A stretch of DNA of 64,000 bases from Zancudomyces culisetae HAW-14-8. Its lineage: Eukaryota; Fungi; Kickxellomycota. This document shows positions 57,398-64,000 of the stretch, in pieces. Each line of letters opens with the position of its first letter. Position 1 is the first letter of the stretch. The notes below the pieces were generated by a model. The model ran no database searches and was not told the origin of the DNA. It was given only the letters and a program-made list of their open reading frames with translations. The translations under genes and the position numbers were made by a program. The stretch is from the NCBI GenBank assembly GCA_052426225.1, contig JBNJNM010000013.1, positions 1,736,001 through 1,800,000 on the forward strand. The letters are read 5' to 3'.

Positions 57398-60158
57398 TCA
57401 CTTTAAAAGCTTGTTAACTTTTGATAGAATTAGCTCAATCTCGTTATCTTCAATTTGGTCGTTCGCTTCTGGCTTTATAAGCGTCTTAAGTTTTTGTTGG
57501 GTCATCTCAACAACAGCACCCACAAAGACAGCAAATATAGACACTATGAACAAAATTATTAGGCAAAAATAAATAAGTGCATACTCAGACTTGTACACAG
57601 TGTCTCCGTACCCTATTTCCAGTTACATATGCTATAATCAGTTTTCCTAGCACTTTAGTTGACTTTTAAAAAATTTTTGGTTATAAGGCTGTTACAAGGA
57701 AAAGAGTAACAAAAATTCTCGAGAGTAGTCTTTTCCTTCCACTATCCTTGGTATATAAAAAAGTAGAAAAGAAGCGACCACCCTCCATTTGCACCCTCCT
57801 CCACTTGAATATTCCTGCAAAACGTATAAAAAAAAACTAGCCAATCCTTTTCTTACCTATTGTTGTCGAGCTAACAAAACCAAACCAAAATGATCGGAAG
57901 GGTGAGAACCCCTTTTCCTCAAACACCTGAAAAAACATCACCAGTAAAACCCAAATGGCCAGACACACACCTATGAAGACCCAGACATCTGTGGTAACTC
58001 CTGACGAGTTTTTCAGAGTCTCAAGCTCCTTTTTAATTAAATTGTATTCAAGACAAACCGATTGATTGTCTTCGAATATTGTGCTAGCAACTATTGAATC
58101 TTCACCATCTATGCCGTCATAAGTATCATTATAGCTGTCTGGTGTATCAAGTATCCCATTATCAATGTCGGCATTACTTTCTATTTTTTTCATGCCCTTG
58201 ATATTTTCTAAATTTTCCTCATTCTCTGTGTACTCTGTACTTTCGGTTTCTTCAAAACTTGTTGCTGTTTCTAAATCTCTCACATTTTTTGAATACCTTA
58301 TTTTATCACTATCGCTGTCCTTCGTTTTGGTATACGACCGCCTATGCTTCTTAGGCTTAGTGCGAATTCTGTGTACAGTATTTGATTTCTTTGATTGGGA
58401 TATCGTCTTTTCTTCGTTGCAATCTATTTTGTATCCCACTTTCCTTCTCAGTTTGTTTACCTCCATCTTTTCGGTATTTATCCTGTCAATGTCCTCACGG
58501 ATTTTCAGCATTAGTCGGTCTCTCAATAATTTTGCCAATTTTTTTGCCTTTATACTTTCTAGTATTGATACTAAAAGATTAGCATAGTTTACCAGGTAGA
58601 GGCCTACGAGTACTGTTGCCCCCAATATCCACACTAGCATGATGGATTTTGAAAGAGTTGTCTTTGGTACGTGATCTCCATACCCGATTGACGTGGCGCT
58701 TACTATATTTAATAATTAATATTTTCGGGTTAGTTTAGTTCAAGGATAGTATTATCCCTCAACGTACTAAACAAAACAATCAAGTTAACACTTTATGTTT
58801 TTAATAAAATAAGAGATCGAGTACAATACAAAATTCAATTAAAGCAGTAGGATATAAAGTAATCAAAAAGTCATACCGAGGCAGTAATAAACTCCGATCA
58901 GGAAAGTTTCCTTCTCAAGATATTTAAATATTACACCACCAACCATCACCCAGGTATACAACAGGATAATGCTAAACTGCCACATTTTTTGCTGGTATGA
59001 TATACCGCTGCCTATGTTTTTTTTTTAGAAAGATAATTGTTAACATTGGTAGTCCGGATGAATATGTTAATATTGATTGTGTTGTTTCGGATTGATATCT
59101 TACCTTTGTTTCTAAAATTTTTTGTTTTAGTGTAGTCGTACAATAACAACACAAAAACTATAAATGAAAACATGTAACTGACCACAAAATATGTAAATGC
59201 GCCACTGTACTGCGTTTCTTTTTGGTTATTGCGATTTAAAGTGAATATGTATAGCGTTACACCCATTCCGTATGCAACTATTTATAAACAGTTATAAGTT
59301 TAATAAGACACAGAAAACCATGTCATAGTTGGTAATATACAAAACCACTTTTATCCAACATTATTCAAGCTACTAATACCAGTTTCCTGAAAAATTCATG
59401 TTTCAAGTATTAACTGTTTGCATCCAAAAAGAAAATTGTACACCTCACTTACATGTTAAAAATTCAAAGAATATTGTGAGGAATGTCGAAGTAACTATAC
59501 GAATGTTTAAGGTTCGTATTGAAAACGTAATAAATGGCAGTATATTGAGAACGAACATAATGATCCGAACGGGAAGTTTTGCTATTTACAATTACAAGAG
59601 AGTGTGTTTACATCCAAGAAAACAAAGTAATGGGCTGCAATAAGCATACCCGTAAAAGATTAATCATATAGACCAAAAATTAATGAAATTAGAATAGAGA
59701 ATTAAGACTTACCTAGGAACAACTCGTAACCCTCTAAATATAAACAAGCACGCTTCAGTGAATAAATAAAAAATAGGCAATTGCATGTATTTGATTACGA
59801 GAAAATATATCAGTTCATACAAAAAAAAAAATTATAAGGCAGACGTACTCTCATAATAGTGTTTTTGCTCAAGATTATAATCGACTAGAGAAAGTGATAC
59901 CATACCAAGTATTGCATTTGTCATGATTATCAGCCCGGATATACCTACAGAAAACCTTTTTACAGCAATCCGCTTTTTTGCCGATTCGAGTTGGTAGATC
60001 TCATTTTGTCTTTCTTTTAATTTCTTTTTGGTGTTTTCTTGCTTTTTTCTAAAAAAGAAAGCTTTGCCAAAAGTCCTCAGCCCTTGTGAATCAAGGGGGA
60101 GTTTGGATCTGAAAGAAATGCTTTTGGATATTTTTATAAATTCTTCGTCTTCCGGCAT
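57398..60158 (-). CDS. TOK1: TOK-type two-pore K+ channel, paralogue D; exons 60158-59849, 59733-59713, 59581-59453, 59277-59104, 59011-58877, 58702-57857, 57612-57398
   Basis: NK-GSGISYQQK; P1 VSATSIGYGD, P2 STTIGYGD; 21-nt micro-exon (KGYELFL); C-terminal IKPE..LSKVNKLLK shared with A and B. Confidence 0.88.
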
Positions 60159-62127
60159 TGCAAATTTTGATGCCCATATAGGTTCAAGTACCCACCAGTT
60201 ATAAAATATAGTGTGATAGCGTAGGTATTTATTGCTATATTTACTGTGGTGTCAATATGACGTTTGTTATCCCCTTTTATTACAAGCCAAGTTATTGCAC
60301 TACGTATTTGTAAGTACCGTTATATTACACTTTATTTTGAAAGTAATAAGAAAGGAAGTCAAATAGCATAAGCTCAACTATTGTGTTTATAAAACCAGAG
60401 AGTATGTATAATAGCAAAGCGCAAGATATGATCATCTCAACCTAAAAAAATTCCCTGTTTGTACAAAGAAATATGCTAGGAAGGGCAGCACATTCTAGCG
60501 TGTGTATATCGTTATCATGAAAAACTAGGGTCTATATTTGTTGTCTCAGAGACATGGATATAAATATCAGATAAAACATTCTAGTTGTTGCTATATATAC
60601 AGATGGGTAGACAAGTGGATTTCCTTGCTTCTAATCTAGCAAAAGCCACAAAGATGCCCATTTTAAATAGACTTTGATTCCACTGTTTTTTTCCCTTTTT
60701 CCGATTTATTTGCATAAATTGTGATTTCGCTTTGCTGATTCGTACCAATTTGTTCTACATTTTAGCATATGAAGCATTTTGTTGGCCAAATAAATATATG
60801 ATTTGTTTGGCTGTTTTCTAGTTCAACAAAGGCAACCTAGAGCCGTAGCAGGCTAAGCAGATAACCGTGTGTAAGTGAATGTGTGTATATCTACTAAGAA
60901 AACACTCTTTCTAGTCAAAGACACCTACCAATAAAAAAGTGAGAATATTGGTGGTTTTTAGAAAATGTGTGTTTTTCTTGCAACACTCCTCTTTTATTAC
61001 AGCTAGATATAGCTCTTTCTTCCCCATTTAAAATAAAACCACAGACAACTCACTGTTATTTCAAATCAGGTAACGAAAGAAGTTGAAATAAAAGTTTCAC
61101 GCACTTGTCCATAATCAATTATGATTTTTCAAGGAGAAAATAAAAACGAGCACAAAAACAAAAACAAAAACAAAAACAAAAACAAAGCCGCCCACATCGT
61201 CGTTTATATGTATATCGGTCCTCGTTCTGGCTTTGGGGGATGGTTTAAAGAGCCAAATACCGAATCATTGGTGGAGTTTGCGGGGAATGAGTTGATCATA
61301 TGCAAATGGTATATTTATTGAGTACTGCAAAAGATCACATTACAAGCAGGTTCAGCTATACTATTTGCTATCTCTTTATTTGGTTAAATTAACTTGTCAC
61401 TTGACCAATTTATCAGTAGCAAATGAACAGAGTGTATTAAAAAGAAAGACGGAAACAGCTTTCCCTCTCCACCCCCCTTGCTCAGCAATTCTTGTATAAA
61501 ATCCAATCAGTAGTGTACATGATACATTTCTTTTTTTGGCTTTTCCGTGTTTTTTGCGGCAAAAATGCTATGGTCATATTTCAAACGAGCTAAATAATAC
61601 AACCCTGTGAATACTAGTTAGTTTCATCTCGATTGTTAGTGTCTGAAAACAAGCCCAAAGATAAGAAAACAGCAAAGGCTGAACCATAGTGGAACAGCGA
61701 TAAAAGTATCCGCATTTCAAAAGTCATAAACTCAACACAAGTTGTTTGCAACATTTGAACAAAAAGCGCCTTTGAGCTTATTTAAAGCGCCTTTAAAAGT
61801 AGGATATCGTGAATTAAAGGAACTGAGAGTCGGTGCTTCCATTGGATGACTTTTGTTGCATTTATTAAATACGACTCTCATTTCAGACAACGGTTATCTA
61901 GTTACCAAAAATTGCGCCGAGAATTTATTGATAAGGTCTGCTACCTCTGGGAAGCAAAAAAAATGCAAAAAATCGATATAGTAACAGGTTTAACAACCGG
62001 GTTGGTTATTTTTGTTATTGGTTTTGTAAAGGGGTTTTGTTTTAAAGTTGCAAATCCAGCAGAAAAACTCTGATTTTTGAGCGTGATAGATCCAATAAAA
62101 CGATGGAGCGCTCTAGTAAGAGTGCAA

Positions 62128-62129
<2 letters not shown>

Positions 62130-62178
<49 letters not shown>
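62130..62178 (+). repeat. (TG)n dinucleotide microsatellite
   Basis: About 24 tandem TG units. Confidence 0.95.
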
Positions 62179-62180
<2 letters not shown>

Positions 62181-64000
62181 ATTTTCCAGCGTTCCAAAGA
62201 AGAGTGTCAATATTAAAGTCAAAGGTGAACAAAAGATTGTATTCAAAGTTTGTTTACTTGATTCATTGCAGTTGAAAGAGGGGGGATCCGTATGAATTAT
62301 GGAACCAGTGTGTTAGATACAGGAATCAAAAAGATAAGTGGTATATGGGCCTGTTTCTATTATTACGAATTTCTATTAAAAGAACTTTATCACATTGCAT
62401 TAATTTAGAATATTAATTGAGCCGGTTACTAGCAAATAAAAGACACGCATATTCTTTGCGTAATTATTTGTAACCACTACGTAATATTAAGGAGATGAGG
62501 AGGTGGGAGAGGGGGAGAGGAAGGGCAAAAGAATAAAAAAGAATAAAACAAAATGGTATGAATGTTGGTAGGAAAGGGGGGTGTGTTTGAAAGGTAAGTG
62601 TAATGTGTGATTGGCAGAAAATAGTGCGCAGAAACAATGTTTTGTTTGACCCCATAGTAATTTCCAAAATTTCGCTGTTTTTATCCACAGGAAGGGGCTT
62701 TTTAATATTCTGATTTTAATGCCATAGCACCACCCACTTTTCAATTAAATCGCCATTACGATTTAATATAATAGGTCAAACCCCCCCATTAAAACACCAA
62801 CCATAAAATTGGAAAAATAGCAGAGTGTTAAGAGCTGGTAGAAACATTCACTTTGAACTTCGTAAAATGATGAGACTGTGTTAACTGTAAAGTAAAATTA
62901 GGAGGGAGAAAAGTGGAAAGGCTATAGCGATTATCTCTTTTGAAGATTGCAAAAGCAGAAAATGTTTTATTATTATTACTTGCTGTTTTTATATATGGCA
63001 AATAGAGCACGAGGCTCCGCTTAGATTACTAAATTGCCATTCAAGCCATTGGATGTTGCCAAGTTATCTTTTTGTGTATGTTCCAAAAACCCAGCTTTTT
63101 TTTTTGTAATGGGTGTAGAGCTGGTGCGGAAAAAATAAATGAAACAGTAGGAAAAAGAAAAATGCGGGTGTAGGAGTAGAGCAAGAGGTTTATGGAAATA
63201 TCATAACTTTTATAGGTATTGATACTAATATAGGAGAGATAAAAAACAAATCCAGCGCAAAAAAAACGAATTAGAAAGCCAAATGTTCTGGTATCTTTTT
63301 AGTTTTTTTTTTACTGCAAAAAAAATGTGGGAGATTGTTTCGAGCAACGAAAATCAATTTGCGTAAATGCAAATGCTATATTTGCCACTATCTGCTGCTG
63401 TAAATGGGCAATAGTGCGCATTACATAAAAATATACACAAAAAAAAATAATTGAAAAACCAAAAGCGTAATAGGAGAAAACTAAGCGTATTAGAAACCTT
63501 GTACAAATTATACTACAACAGAAAATCTTTTTTTTTTTCCAAAATTATCAGTCACATAACGTGTAAAGCAATACCCAAATGCTGTGATTATTTTTTTTTG
63601 TTTGTGCCAGTAGTTGTATTTAAGTGTAAGCTGCGAAAATAAAATTTGATTGAGTTTAATTGAAAAAAAACACTTGTATTCGCAGCATAATAGCCAGGGA
63701 AAAAAAAAGTATTGGCATATAATTGGCGATTTGGCGATATAGCAGTAGGGATTTTGTGAAAGCAAAATCGTTTGTGAGAAAAAATAAGCCTGGAAAGTAT
63801 AATTGAGGTGGAAAAGAAAAATCATAAATCTTTCCATTTAAATCTAGAGCCTTTTAAAATAAATTAAGTTATAGAACAGTTGTAATAAAAGCAAGCACTT
63901 TCAAAACAAACAGTATTTTGAAAGGAAACAAGAGGCTTTTTGCAAGATAAACAGAAAACAAAAATATATTACCAGAATACAAAGCTTGTGCTGACAAACA

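Overview
AT-rich eukaryotic (fungal) genomic DNA with short spliceosomal introns whose acceptors are mostly (A/C)AATAG. Gene content and style suggest an early-diverging fungus, plausibly Zoopagomycota/Harpellales (insect-gut fungi); this is inference, not proof. About 17 protein-coding genes, in order: NADP-isocitrate dehydrogenase, AlaX/AARSD1, HAP2/NF-YA, PTR2, an orphan secreted protein, syntaxin SSO1, PCM1/PGM3, SEC1, an inositol polyphosphate kinase, GCAT/kbl, three TOK-type two-pore K+ channel genes, mitochondrial RNase II (DSS1-like), TMCO4/Mil1, MON1, acetyl-CoA transporter AT-1 and a fourth TOK gene. Most notable: (1) a four-member TOK channel family with diversified selectivity filters (one GYG->GNS, one with a TWIK-1-like TTGFG plus a His-rich loop), differential intron content and a GC-donor micro-exon; (2) a hidden distal mitochondrial-presequence exon 2.9 kb upstream of the IDH gene plus a proximal non-coding first exon, predicting mitochondrial and cytosolic isoforms; (3) 4 GC-AG introns among about 35 reconstructed coding-region introns; (4) a dense CCAAT-box cluster upstream of the gene for the CCAAT-binding subunit HAP2. 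No tRNA, rRNA, CRISPR or transposon was recognised. All exon structures were reconstructed by hand.
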